This document shows positions 11,598 to 22,640 of a stretch of 64,000 nt of DNA, piece by piece. Each line of letters begins with the position of its first letter. The stretch's first letter is position 1. A program made the translations under genes and the position numbers. The stretch is from positions 29,264,001-29,328,000 of the forward strand of contig CM052840.1 in assembly GCA_028534125.1 (NCBI GenBank). Reading direction: 5' to 3'. The DNA is from Lama glama. Its lineage: Eukaryota. The notes under the pieces are model-generated. The model saw only the letters and a program-made list of their open reading frames with translations. It made no database searches and was not told the origin of the DNA.

Positions 11598-12954
11598 GCA
11601 GAGTGGGGACCCTAGCCTGCTGGGCCCCAGCTCGACAGTCGACTGGCAGATCTGAGAGCTGCCTGGGCAGCTCCAGGCCAGGCTGTCAAAGGCCGAGCGG
11701 AGACAGAGCAAGGAGCCCATGCTTCATTCCTGGGCCAGCTGGGAGGCGCCCATGGGACATGGAAGGGTGGGTTTCTGTGGCTGCCTGGGCACGAAGCCCA
11801 AGCTTGTGCTCTGTGGCCTGGCCCAGCCCCACCTGGCCCTCCAGCTTCGTGTGTGTGAGAGACTGGGTGTGTCTGTGCCCATGGGTTTCTGTGTTTGGTA
11901 GCAGGTGTGAGAAAGCACGTCTGCCCTCTGCCCACTGAGCCGAGTTTGCAGTGAGAACCCGGGCAGAGCATGGCCTCCGCTGACGACCCGTGAGGCCGGG
12001 CCCTCAGGGGCTGACAGGCTGCGCGGCAGGAGCTGGACCCTGCCCCCAGGAGGAGCTGCCCGCACTCTGCCCCCAGCCTCTGGGATCTATGACAGATAAT
12101 ACACTGGGAGCAGAGGGCAGAGCAGGGACTCGTGGGGCCAGTGGAAGGGGCTCTTCTCACAGCTCAGGCTCTCCCGGGACCAGGGCTGGGCGGCCAGAAA
12201 GCCTGGTCCAGGCCCAGGACCAGCCACTCCCTTGTCACCTCCTCCCTGGAAAAGCCAGGCCCCATTCTGGCCCAGACGCTGGCCTCTGTCCTCAGTGTGT
12301 GTGTGTGTGGGGGGTGCTCCCAGGCCCCCATTCCACCCCCGCAGACTTGCACCCGTCACCAGACTTTGGTCCAGGTGTCACTGGGACGGGGAAAGGACTT
12401 GACGCAGAAGACCACTGACAGCCCACCTTGGGGCAGAATCAGTCCTGATGGCACGGCTCGTCAGGAGTGTGGAGGGAGAACGGTGGGGGCAGCGGATGAG
12501 GATGGACAGGGTCCTGCCGGACCGGATGGGAGAGCCCAGGGGCAGGCGTGAGGGAGGAGCCGCCTGGTGGTCAGGTGGAGAACTGCGAGACAGCCTCCTG
12601 GCTGGGCCAGGTGCTGAGCCGCCTCGCCCTGACCTGACCACTTAGCCTGGGACCCGGCAGAGGTGAGCACGGTGTGCGGAGGAAGGGCACCGGGAGAGCG
12701 GCGGGGCCGGGGCCCCAGCCCCCTTGGCAGCTGGAGGCGTGTGTGGGGCTGGGCTGAGTTGAGCACCCTGGGGGTGAGGCTGTGCTGTGCCATGTCAGTG
12801 GACTGGGTGGGCAGAAGGGGTACCAGGGAGACCCCAGCAGGCAGCTGCCAATCGCTAGCCCTCCGTCCTGACCCGCGCTGCTGCCTGAAGCCCAGCATGG
12901 CCTCCTTCACAGGCTCCCTGCCCTCCCCTTCTGGGCACTCACAGCCAGAGCAAC

Positions 12955-13290
12955 AGAAATGACCAGGACACTGATTTTAATGGAGGGGCTGTGATGCCTG
13001 CGGGCACGTGACGTGCATCGCGAGGGGTGCAGCGCCTCCTCTCAGCCTGGCTGCGCCACGGCGGGCCGGGAGCCCCAGGGAGCCCACCGGCCAGGTGAGG
13101 TCTTCAGACGCTGCTGTCCCCCTCCCGCGCGTCTGCTAGCCCCAGTCCCGCGGGAGGGCACTCAGGCTGGAGGGGAGGAGAGGGAACAGGGTGGGATGCT
13201 CCGAAGTGCAGGCAGGACGCAGGCTGGGTAGGTGAGCCAAGCCGGAGGGAGAAGTGAGAAGGGAGCCCAGGGCACAGCTCGACCAGCTGC
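12955..13290 (-). other. TNNI1: TNNI1 exon 9 (non-coding 3'UTR)
   Basis: Strong acceptor ttctgcctctctgtctctacag| at 13291-13293; ends after ATTAAA. Confidence 0.75.
12976..12981 (-). terminator. TNNI1: TNNI1 polyadenylation signal ATTAAA with downstream GU/U-rich element
   Basis: tttaat on +; the transcript continues …gtgtcctggtcatttctgttgctctggctgtg. Confidence 0.7.
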
Positions 13291-13789
13291 CTGTAGAGAC
13301 AGAGAGGCAGAAGCCATCTGCTCCCAGTGACCCAAGTGACTCGCCCGCAGCACACACAGTCCCGGGCCTTCTCACCCCAGCACCTGGCAGAACCACTGTC
13401 CACAGGGGCTCCCACTGCCTCAGCTCTCGGCCCAGAGCCCAAGAGCCCCCCAACACGGCTCCGCCCCACACACTGGCCCCGCCTGGCATCCCCTCCACGT
13501 CGGACTGATCCCCACCTCTGAGCTCTGACACACCCTCCCGGCAACTGCGACCCTCCACCCATCACATCCTCAGAGAGCTCACCCCTCCAGAGGGCTTGTC
13601 TGACTGACGTCTGTCGGACAGTTACATGTCCCCTCCACACACCCACAGAGGCCGTCACGTGGCCTGACCCTGCTGCTTTCTCTAGCAAATCCTCGGAGAA
13701 TGGGTGGTCTTGGACCAGTTCTGGGGACTTTGCAGGACTCCCCTTAGACTTTCAGAAAGTCAGAGCTGGAGGGCCCTGGGGTCATCGAA

Positions 13790-13927
13790 TCCACGGGCTC
13801 CAAGCTCTTGCATCAGAGTCACCCAGGGGCCGGCTCCACCCCAGAGTCTCTGATCCAGTGGGCCTGGGGTGCAGCCAGGTCGTCTGCACCCCAGGTGGTA
13901 CCGGGACCACCCCCGGAGGACCAGTGA
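13790..13927. mobile_element. MER5-type hAT MITE relic in TNNI1 intron 8
   Basis: gcatcagagtcacccagggg…ccaccccagagtctctgatccagtgggcctggggtg matches the MER5 pattern. Confidence 0.55.
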
Positions 13928-14099
13928 GCTGGCACAACTCCAACTCCGTAGGGGAGGGGAGCAAAGAGCCCCAAAGCAGGAACATGTGCCCACAGTCTGA
14001 GCCCATTTCAGGGTCTTCCCTCCGCACCACGTGGCCCAGCGCACCGGCCCCTGTCCTGGAGGGTAGAGGGTCCCTCTACCCTCCAGCCTCTGCGTACCT

Positions 14100-14207
14100 C
14101 TACTGGGTGGTTGGGGACTTGGCCGCATCGAACATCTTCTTCCGGCCTTCCATCCCGGACATGGCCTCCACGTTCTTCCTCCAGTCGCCCACCTCCACAG
14201 GCCGCTC
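14100..14207 (-). CDS. TNNI1: TNNI1 exon 8, coding part ([35 protein letters not shown])
   Basis: Acceptor cag at 14208-14210; TAG at 14100-14102; donor GTACGC begins 2 nt after the stop (exon ends at 14098). Confidence 0.97.
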   Translation of the reverse strand, partial: ERPVEVGDWRKNVEAMSGMEGRKKMFDAAKSPTTQ

Positions 14208-14456
14208 CTGTGGGCGCCACACACGGGAGACTTAGCGGTTGGGGGCCAGCCGGGCCTTCCACACGCAAGAGAAACTGGGTGGTGGAGAGTCAGCCTCTTC
14301 CGCAAGGTGGGAAATCCCATCTTCCTCCTCGCAGAACAGGAAGCTAAGGCCTCCCCTGGGCTCCCCGGGAGGCTCTGGAACGTCCCACCAGGTCAACTGG
14401 GCCCCCCCAGAGGTGCAGGGCCGGCCGAGCTGTGTGGGGCGAGGGTCAGGGCTCAC

Positions 14457-14633
14457 CTTCTCCGTGTCCTCTTTCTTCACAGACTTGAGGTTGGCGCGCA
14501 GGTCCATGGACACTTTGTGCTTGGAGCCCAGCAGGGCGCGCAGCATGGCGTCGGCCGAGACGCGGACCCGCCGCAGCGGCGGACGCTTGAACTTCCCGCG
14601 CAGGTCCAGCACTTTGAGCTTCAGGTCCTTGAT
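14457..14633 (-). CDS. TNNI1: TNNI1 exon 7 ([41 protein letters not shown]…EDTEK): inhibitory and switch regions, includes His132
   Basis: 177 nt, cag| and |GTGAGC borders; troponin I inhibitory peptide [12 protein letters not shown]; His132 codon at 14517-14519. Confidence 0.98.
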
Positions 14634-15713
14634 CTGCAGGGAGGGGGCGGCTCAGGGCTCCGGGGCCCCCCCTTCTCCAGGCCAGACCCTCGGGGACGCT
14701 CAGACCCACCGGTCACCTTGCAAAGAGCCACCTCTAGTCTGTTCTGTTGATACAGGAGTGAGCAGGACAAGGACAGGGAAGGCCGCTGGCCGTCTCGGCT
14801 GCCGCACGGGAAGGGGCAGAGTGTGGTGCCGAAGCCCCATTTGGAGTGGAGGGGCCAGTCCCTCTCATTCCTGCTTCTAACCAGTCTCTTCCCAGTGGGC
14901 CTTCAGAGCAGCCATGGAAGGCATCCCCTGGGTCCAGGGTCTAGGAGGCCGACGGACCCCAGGTCCAAGACCCCTTGGGGATTTCAGGGTGCGACCTCTG
15001 GAGGGAATTCTGGGGACATCAGTGGCCCCACAGCCCATCCTTCCTGATCGGGAGGAGTGAGGAGGACGAAGTGGCTCTGGGCCCACCCCACCACCCTCAC
15101 TGCTGAAACAGGTGCTGAGAAGCTGCCGCCTCCAACTGCAGGAGCTCTGGCCCCCCTCCGCCTTCCGCCCACCCCACTAGAGCTGGGTCTGGGTGGAGCT
15201 GGCCCCCTGCATCCAGGGCCAGGAAGCCCCGAGCCCTGGAGTCGGGGGCCAGAGACAAGGCCCAACCCAGGACCTCCACTGTGTGACCCGAGCCGAGTTT
15301 CTGAGTCTCTGAGCCTGCGTCCTCATCTGTCAGGCAAAAGCACCCACTCCGTCTAAGGCACGCAGGGAGGGTCACAGGAAAGACGCCCGTGAAAGCCGCA
15401 CACAAGGCAAGACATTATTAGCGGGCACGTGACTGTGGGGTGACTAGCGGGCGGCTTCTCGTCCACTGAAGAGTCCGCGTGGCAGGCAGGAGGAAGTTTG
15501 TGCCTTTCACCTGTGTGACATCTGCTCTCTGCCCATCCCAGCCCTGGGGGACTGGAGTGCAGGGACCAGAGCTTCCTGATAAGTGCCTGCCCGGACCCAG
15601 CAGTAGGAGAGAGACCTGGTCCATAGCTGCCATGGCCATGCCCACCGGACCTCCCCCAGACCCCACCCAGCCAGCCAGCCTGCACCAGCTGTGCACCTCC
15701 ACCCCCAGCTCAC

Positions 15714-15803
15714 CTCCCTGGTGTTGTGCAGACATTTGGCCTCAATGTCATATCTCTCCTCGTCCACCACCTCCACCTTGGCGTGCAGTTCCCGACACAG
15801 GTC
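15714..15803 (-). CDS. TNNI1: TNNI1 exon 6 ([30 protein letters not shown])
   Basis: 90 nt with canonical splice sites. Confidence 0.98.
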
Positions 15804-16860
15804 CTGGAGGAGTAAAGGGTTCAGGAAGGAGGTCAGCCCTCAGCCGCCCTCTTCTGCCTCCCAGCCGGGTGCTGGCCTCTCCCAGCCCCTTGGCAAGACC
15901 TGGGCTCTGAAAAGGAGCTGATGAATCCCTTCACTCCGAGTGCAAGCCCTTTGTTTTCCTTCTGAACATACTTGTTATCTTTAAAACGTTTTCTTATGAT
16001 AAAAACAATATAAGTTAATTGTAGATATTCTGAAAATTATGTATTAAGCAAAAATAATAAAGCAAAAATAATTAGTGACGCCACCCCGCCAGGAGTAACT
16101 ATTGGTGACATTTCAGTATTCAGACAGTCCCTGACGACGAGGGTGATGTTTCGACTTTACGACGGTAGAAACATTCAGTAGAAACCGTACTTGGAGTCTG
16201 GAATTTCAGTCTTTCCCAGGCTAGCGATACGTGGCGCTGGGCAGCCTCAGCCCCAGCCCCGGTCAGCCCCGCGCTCACGGGGCAAACCACCGATGCACGG
16301 AGAACCGCTCCGTACCAGACAACCGCCTGGTTTCCACTTTCGGTGTAGCAATTAACAAACTCTAGGAGACACTCAACTCTGATGAAGCAGGCTTTCTGTT
16401 GGGTGCCTTTGCCCAGCACAGGCTGATGTGAGTGCTCCGGGCACGGCGACGGTCGGCGAGGGCGAGCTGGGATGTGTGGTGGACAGGTGTGCTCAGGGCA
16501 CTTGGGACCTCCAGGGCTTCCGCCTGGCCCTGGGTTTGCGGGGACGCAGCCCCGTCGTGAGTTGAGGACGACCTGCATTTCCTCTCTTTACTCCGCAGAC
16601 CCTGGTGTTTAAACTGTTACCAGTGTTTCTAAAACATTAAAGCCCTGTCTGCAGGGACAGGACAGGCAGGCCTGGAGAAACGAGGCTCCCCGAGGGCTGC
16701 CCACCTCCCCATCACCAGCGCGCCTGCAGGCTCCCTTCCCAGCGGAACAGCACCGCCTCCGGGGTGTGACTTTTAACGAGGAGTGAGCCAAGGCAGCTTG
16801 GGCTCCTGACAGCTGGTCCCTGGGTCACCTGCCCGAAACCCCGCGCGGTTGCGCGCTCAC

Positions 16861-16992
16861 CTGCAGGGCGCTGAGCGACAGACCGCGGGTCTGCAGTGTA
16901 GGGATGCGCTCGGCCAGGTAGCGAGCCTTCTCGGCCTCCCGCTCCTCGTGCTCCTGCTCCCAGCACTCCTTGGCCTTGGCCAGCATCAGGCT
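16861..16992 (-). CDS. TNNI1: TNNI1 exon 5 (SLMLAKAKECWEQEHEEREAEKARYLAERIPTLQTRGLSLSALQ)
   Basis: 132 nt with canonical splice sites. Confidence 0.98.
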
Positions 16993-17530
16993 CTGGACGG
17001 GGCAGAGTGGAGAGCGGGCCCGGGCAGCCCCGTGTCTCCCACTCGCTGTCAGTGGCCCCAGACCAGGCAGCCCTGGGCGCGTGTGGACGGGGCCGCCGCT
17101 ACGTGTGGGGGAGCGTGCTCGGCCACCTGCGACCACACCTGGGTGACCCCAAGCACTCTGGGATCCTGGGCTTTAATTTCCCTCAGTTCTCCTCTTAACC
17201 ACATCTCATCTGTTTGGGCCGAAGGCAGCTCTTACCAATTAAAGCAAACCCACCTCCCCACCAGGGGTTCCCCCCCGCGAAGCTGGTCTCCCCTCCTCGC
17301 AGGCCCCAGAGGGCGCCAGGATGCCAGATTTCCAAGTTCCAACCCACTGACCCTGGGCTCCGGGCCCTGGCCCTGGCGCCTCCTCCTGCCCCCACCCGCT
17401 GCCTCTCCCTGCCCCTCCCCCTCCTCCTCCCGACACCGACTCCCTCCTCTTCACCCGCCCACCACCCTCTGCTGCCCTCTGCCTCCCCCTAGACGTCACC
17501 ACCCCCCCCCGGAGCCAGCACCCCGCTCAC

Positions 17531-17572
17531 CTTCAGCAGGAGTTTGCGGGAGGCGGTGATCTTGGGTTTTCT
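17531..17572 (-). CDS. TNNI1: TNNI1 exon 4 (RKPKITASRKLLLK)
   Basis: 42 nt; pyrimidine tract plus cag acceptor; GTGAGC donor. Confidence 0.96.
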
Positions 17573-18354
17573 CTGAGGGGAGAGGGAGGAGAGACAGGTG
17601 AGAACCGGGAACCTGGACTGGGCCGCAGTGCCGCTCCCCGCCACAAGGGGCGCTTCGGCGCCACCGCTGAGGACTCCCTTCGATAAACTTAGAGACTCAC
17701 AGGGCTATAGAGAAACAGCTTATTTGATTCTCACTGAGGCTCTGCGGAGTGTCCCCTCCGTCTGTGCTGCTGATGCCCCCTGCCAGCCCTGAGCCACAGC
17801 CCACCCCGTGCAGTCCCCACCCCGACCGCCCAGGGCTGGACGGAGGCTGTGTCCTCAGCAGCTGAACAAATCCGGACTGTATCCAGCCAGCTGAGACCTG
17901 GAGAGGAGGCAAGGACCCCCTGTGCTCCTCCCTCAATGTTGGGGGGGGGTGGAATAACCCAAGGAGATCCCCTCCCACCCTTCAAATGCGGCTTTCCTGG
18001 GACTGGCTCTTAAGGACAAGCACGGCCCCCAGGGCTGGACCGGTCCTCAGACCAGGGGAGGGAGGACTTGCTCCGTGGTCAGCCTGGGTGCAGAGTCACA
18101 CCCGGCTCTGCCTGGCCGCAGCCCCAGGACCACCCTCCAGGGACATCGTGCCGGGGGAGCCCCCTGCCTGGACCTCGAGGAGCCCTACGTCCAGAGTCTT
18201 CCCCCAGGGCTTCTGTTCTCCTGGGAATTTGCTCAGCCACTGGGCACCCCCTCCCTGGGTCCTGACCCAAGCTCTCACCTCTCCTCAAATGTCCACCCCA
18301 CCCTCACCCATCTAAAGACTTAAGCCAAACAGAGATACCCCAAGTCTCACTCAC

Positions 18355-18358
18355 CTCG
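18355..18358 (-). CDS. TNNI1: TNNI1 exon 3: 4-nt micro-exon CGAG
   Basis: cctgcag|CGAG|gtgagt supplies exactly the 4 nt needed to join exon 2 (ATGCCGGAGGT) to exon 4 (AGAAAA) as MPEVERK. Confidence 0.9.
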
Positions 18359-18876
18359 CTGCAGGCGTCCATCACAGGGAGGACCCAGGGCGGGGGTGGA
18401 AGGGGGAGAGCAGAAGACAGAGTGAGAACAATGCATTTCACACACTGGGCAGCAGACCCCAGGAACAAGCTGGGGCAGGGGTGCCGTGACAGTGCCCGGA
18501 AAGGAATCAGACATCACGCGGTGGGGCTAGTTTGAGGATCAGCAGAAGGGAAAAAACCCACCAGCCCTTTGAGCTACTGGAGGGCCTTGCTGGGAAGCAC
18601 CAGCCACTGTACGCTGGGAAGGATGGAGGGTCCCCGTGGGATCCCGAGTGGGCGTGTGGGTCCCCTCCCAAAGCTTTGTTCATCTACTGGGCAATGGTAA
18701 TTCGTGGCCTGGCTGCAGTGCAGACAGACTCTGAGACACAGGCCAAAAGGTCTTCCCAAGACAACCCGGGGCGAATTCTGCTCAAAACCTGGGAGGACAC
18801 GTGGTGAGGCTGGGGGCCCAGCACTCAGGACCATCCCTGTCTGAGGATCTGGTGATCCGGAGAGCTGCTTGGGGAC

Positions 18877-18926
18877 TGAACAGACGGTCCCTAACTACGG
18901 GTGAACAGACGGTCCCTAACTACGGG
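18877..18926. repeat. Perfect 25-bp tandem duplication (TGAACAGACGGTCCCTAACTACGGG)2 in TNNI1 intron 2
   Basis: Two identical adjacent copies. Confidence 0.95.
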
Positions 18927-18981
18927 CTGAAATCCGCAGCAAAGGGACCGACCTGGAGCCCCGGGGGAGAGGACTACTTAC

Positions 18982-18992
18982 ACCTCCGGCAT
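18982..18992 (-). CDS. TNNI1: TNNI1 exon 2, coding part (ATG CCG GAG GT); whole exon 18982-19010
   Basis: Kozak gacgccATG; acceptor cattaacgacccctcccgcccccag; donor GTAAGT. Confidence 0.95.
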
Positions 18993-20274
18993 GGCGTCAG
19001 GGGGCAGCACCTGGGGGCGGGAGGGGTCGTTAATGAGGGAAGGTTCCGGTTCTGCCCCACCCCCACCTAGCTGGCCCTTTCTAGAAGTTTGCCGACGCCC
19101 GTGGGGAACAGAATGGGACCCACAGAAGGTATGTTTGGAGGGCAGGGCTCAGACGCGGGGCCTTGAACAATGGCTGAGTCTAGCCGGTCCCGTGGACAGT
19201 GGGTGGTCATGGGGGTCTCGGAGAGGGGAGGGGTCTGGGAGACTGATGACAGCCCACAGGCGCCACCACATGGCACAACTCCAGGGGCGCCGTTCCCGTG
19301 GACCTTGGGGGGAGGGGACTGGCGGTGAGGAGGCCCTGCAGGGAGGGGTGAGCCGGGAGGCGGGGCAGACCCCCTGTCCCACACCAACCTTTCCCCAGGC
19401 CCTCTCCTAGCCGGCTTTCCTCTCTGCAAAACGAGGAGTTAAAGAACTTGTTTTCCACTTGATATCTGGGGCTTGAACCCTTCATTCAAACCAAGTGCAA
19501 CCAGCAAGAGCCACCAGCCCTGGTGCGAGAGGGTTAGCACAGCAGCCCCGTGGACCTCCACGAGGTCCTCTGCCCACCGAGCACAGTTTGCAGCCCCCTG
19601 GCTGATGGCCCTGCGGCCCAGACCGAGGAGGGGTTCCTGCAGCTGTAGAGGGGGCTGTTCCAAAGTCAGGCCTGACCACCATCGGGCCTAGACAAAGAGC
19701 ATTCCAGTGGAGGGGGTGGGACTGGGCAAAAGATCCCCGCAGGGAGGAGGGCAGCTGGGGTGGAGCAGGTGCAAGCGGCAGGAACCCTGAGCCGGGTTGT
19801 GAAGCGAAGCACGGGGGCGGGGGGTGTTGGGTGCGGGGAGGCTGAGCGCAGGGTCAGGAGTTGGATTTGGTCCAGGAACCTGGCCTGAGTCGGGGAGGGA
19901 GGCCGACTCTAAAGGACTCGTGCAAAGTGGCCACAGTCCCCTCACTCCAGAGCCACCTCCGCCTGTCTTGACCTCCCTCTCCCCTCGTGGCCCAAGGCAT
20001 GGGTGAGGCTGGACTTCCTCTCCCGTCCCCCCAGCTGAAAGCCTTCACTCGTCCCACCCCCGCCTCTGCCCCAGGGGAGGGCGAGGCTGGGTGGGGGAGG
20101 GGGAGAGAGGGTGTGGCCCCAGCGCCTCAGCCGCCACCCTGGACACAGAGAGGAGGAAGTCCTCGCATTCCCGAGATGCTTGGCTGAAATTCGATTGTAT
20201 CGCCCGCTGTTTATTCTAGGGCTTGGCTGCCTTGAAGACACAGAGGGAGTCCAAAGAGAGAAGGCCACGGTGGC

Positions 20275-20293
20275 GGGGGGGGGGGGGGGGGGG
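20275..20293. repeat. G19 homopolymer in TNNI1 intron 1
   Basis: Directly visible. Confidence 0.9.
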
Positions 20294-20730
20294 ACGCCAC
20301 CCAGGTCCAGTTTCCATCATCAGCCCCGCAGTGCGGTCCCCAGAGGGCACAGGGCTCAGCCCCTGGTGGGCATCTGGTCAGGTCCAGGCCTCCCGCTTGG
20401 TGCCTGCTACCTGTCCAGCCCGTCCAGGCCTCCTGCCCAGCTCCAGGCCCCCCCACAGCCTGCCCCGCTGACAAACGCCAGGCCCTGGGTCTCGGCCTGC
20501 GCTCTGACACCCACCAGACGGGACCCCTTGACAGGCCCCCTGGAAGACAAGCAGGTGGTGATAAGAAGTCAGATGTAGACATGGCTCTAGCGGTGAGGGG
20601 GGGGAGCTGCAGGAAAGAGGAGATAACAGAACCCACTGAGGGGGGCTGGGGGGCCCTCCCCTGAGGCCCCATGGGTGGGGCAGAATGTCAGCTGGACCAT
20701 GAGACCAAGGTGTGTCCGTGTGTAAAAGTG

Positions 20731-20732
<2 letters not shown>

Positions 20733-20766
<34 letters not shown>
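20733..20766. repeat. (GT)17 microsatellite in TNNI1 intron 1
   Basis: Directly visible. Confidence 0.97.
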
Positions 20767-20768
<2 letters not shown>

Positions 20769-21727
20769 AAAGAAGAACCAACTTCTGCACACACCTGACA
20801 ATTCAGGTCACAGATTTCTCATCAGGCTCATGTTCCTCCCGTGCTCCCTACCCCCTGACCTTGGACCCCAGTTCAAGGGCATCCAGGTCCTCCCTGACTG
20901 ACCGTGAACAAGGCTTGTGCTCCCAGGTCTGTGGCTGTGGGACCTCCACCCCACCCCGCCCTGAGCTCTGAACAGAAAGCCCCCCTAGAGGTGCTGGGGA
21001 CAGTCTCCCGCCTCTAGCCCCCGACCCGTTAGCCCCCACCCCAAAGCCCAGCCCGGGCCTCACTGATGTGTTCACAGAATCTCACATTCCAAACCCGATG
21101 CTGCCTCCGCCTCCCCCAGGACCCCCACCTCGACATGACCTCCACTCCAGAACAAGGCATGTGGGGGCGCCCCCCCGCCGCGGGGTTGGCGCTCTGCCCA
21201 CCACGCCCCTGTCTGCTGGCCAGCAAAGGGTGCCAAGTGAATCCCTCAGACAAAGAACAAAGGGGCAGGGCAGTCTCCTAGGGCGGCGGTGGGGGGTCCA
21301 GGCTCCCTCCCCGAGTCCTGCCCACAGACCTCCCTTCTCCTCCCCACTCGCACTGCTCACCAGCTCTCCCTCAAGTTCCAGATGCAGCCCCCTGCCCCCT
21401 CTGGTCCCCGATGCCACCCCTTCCCTCAGGAACCCTCCCCCTCCGGGACTGGCCAGGCAGCCGGTGTGAGCCAAGACCCGCTAGGCGCTGCCCTGGGGCT
21501 CCTTGGGCAGCCCGTGGACGACTCCGCACACGGCTCCCAGTCTCAAAACGGGCAGGAGCTTCACCTCCAACCAGTTTTGCAGGAGAGATGCCGCCTTGCC
21601 GTAGGTGTCTTAGGACTGTTCCCCCAGCAAACCCTGCTGCACCTCCCGAGCTGCCTTCTGCCACCTGCACGCCCTGGCTTGCCCCTGGGTCTGGAGCCCA
21701 GGCGCTCTGCCGGGTGCAGACACCTAC

Positions 21728-21790
21728 CTTCCTCAGGCTCTGGGAGTGAGGCTGGCCTCGTCTCGCAGCTGACTGCGGACTGCTGGGGGC
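21728..21790 (-). other. TNNI1: TNNI1 exon 1 (non-coding)
   Basis: …cagtccgcagtcagctgcgagacgaggccagcc…gaggaag|GTAGGT donor at 21722-21727; resembles the human TNNI1 5'UTR as recalled; TSS approximate. Confidence 0.8.
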
Positions 21791-21880
21791 AGAGCCGAGG
21801 GGAGGCTATGAAAACTACCGCCCGCAGCCACTGGCCAGTAAAAATAGAACAGGCCCGCCACCCCTCCCACTGCCCTGCTC
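21791..21880 (-). promoter_or_regulatory. TNNI1: TNNI1 proximal promoter: TATA-like TTTTCATA (21807-21814), MEF2-like CTATTTTTAC (21838-21847), GC/CACC boxes
   Basis: Motif order and spacing upstream of exon 1. Confidence 0.7.
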
Positions 21881-22234
21881 CCCCCACACCCCACCACACA
21901 CACACCTCACGGAGGGGACACCTCATGGAGGGGACGCCGCGGTGCACGCAGCAGCCAGCGGGCTTGAAGACACCCTGAGCCGTGCCCCAGGCTCAGGAGG
22001 ACACACAGAGCCTGTGCACACAGCAGCCACCACCTAGGAGACGGGAGTCCAAGAAAGAGGGGGTGGGCAGCAGATCAGAGGGGGCCCTGAGCAGGGAAGC
22101 GGCCGGGGCACTGGGAGGCCTGGGGGCAGCAGAGCTGGGGAAAGGAGTCATCTCACTGGCCCTACATCTGCCGCAAGGAAACGTGGCAACCAGGCCCCCC
22201 ACCAGTGCTCCAAGAGGGCGAAAGTCCTGAGGCT

Positions 22235-22307
22235 GGGGCATCCTCTAGGCCTGGTAAACATGCGCCAGGGGCATCCTCTAGGCCTGGTACACATGCGCCA
22301 GGGGCAT
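22235..22307. repeat. 33-bp tandem duplication (2 copies with 1 mismatch, plus a partial third) between the TNNI1 promoter and SURE
   Basis: ggggcatcctctaggcctggta(a/c)acatgcgcca x2 at 22235-22267 and 22268-22300. Confidence 0.93.
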
Positions 22308-22536
22308 GCCTGCACCCGGGGGCGATGTAAGCAGTGCCTTGGGGGTCCAGCGAGGCTGTGGAGCTGACCTGACCTCCACGCCCACAGGGTCTGAGGGTCT
22401 GCAGTTGCTCTGCAGCCTCTCCAGGTGGGTTTCGCAGGTTCCAAGGGCACCCCAGGCCCGTGCCTGGGACCTGGGGAGACTAAGGCCCCTCTCCTCGGCC
22501 CAGGCTCTGTGCCCGGCATCCAGGGAGCCGGAGCCG

Positions 22537-22640
22537 GGGCTGCACCTGTTTACCGGCTATTTTTAGGACAGGAGACAAACAGCTAATACCCACCCTGCGG
22601 TCAGGAGAAGACAATGCCCGCTATGTTAATCCAGTGACTT
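22537..22640 (-). promoter_or_regulatory. TNNI1: Slow upstream regulatory element (SURE/USE) enhancer of TNNI1
   Basis: About 750-850 bp upstream of the TSS, in the known order: bicoid-like GGATTAAC (22625-22632), CAGG-box position (22615-22621), CACC box (22589-22595), perfect MEF2 CTAAAAATAG (22557-22566), E-box CAGGTG (22543-22548). Confidence 0.9.

Larger units (their letters stand above)
12955..21790 (-). other. TNNI1: Troponin I, slow skeletal muscle: complete 9-exon gene (CDS 564 nt, 187 aa)
   Basis: Coding exons 11+4+42+132+90+177+108 nt splice in frame with GT-AG borders to MPEVERKPKITASRKLLLKSLMLAKAKECWEQEHEER…[13 protein letters not shown]; gene ends are approximate. Confidence 0.97.

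Noticed and set aside
15919-16400. CTGATGA cores suggesting a hammerhead ribozyme or C/D snoRNA in TNNI1 intron 5
   Set aside because: No matching GAAA core with flanking stems and no terminal box C/D stem found
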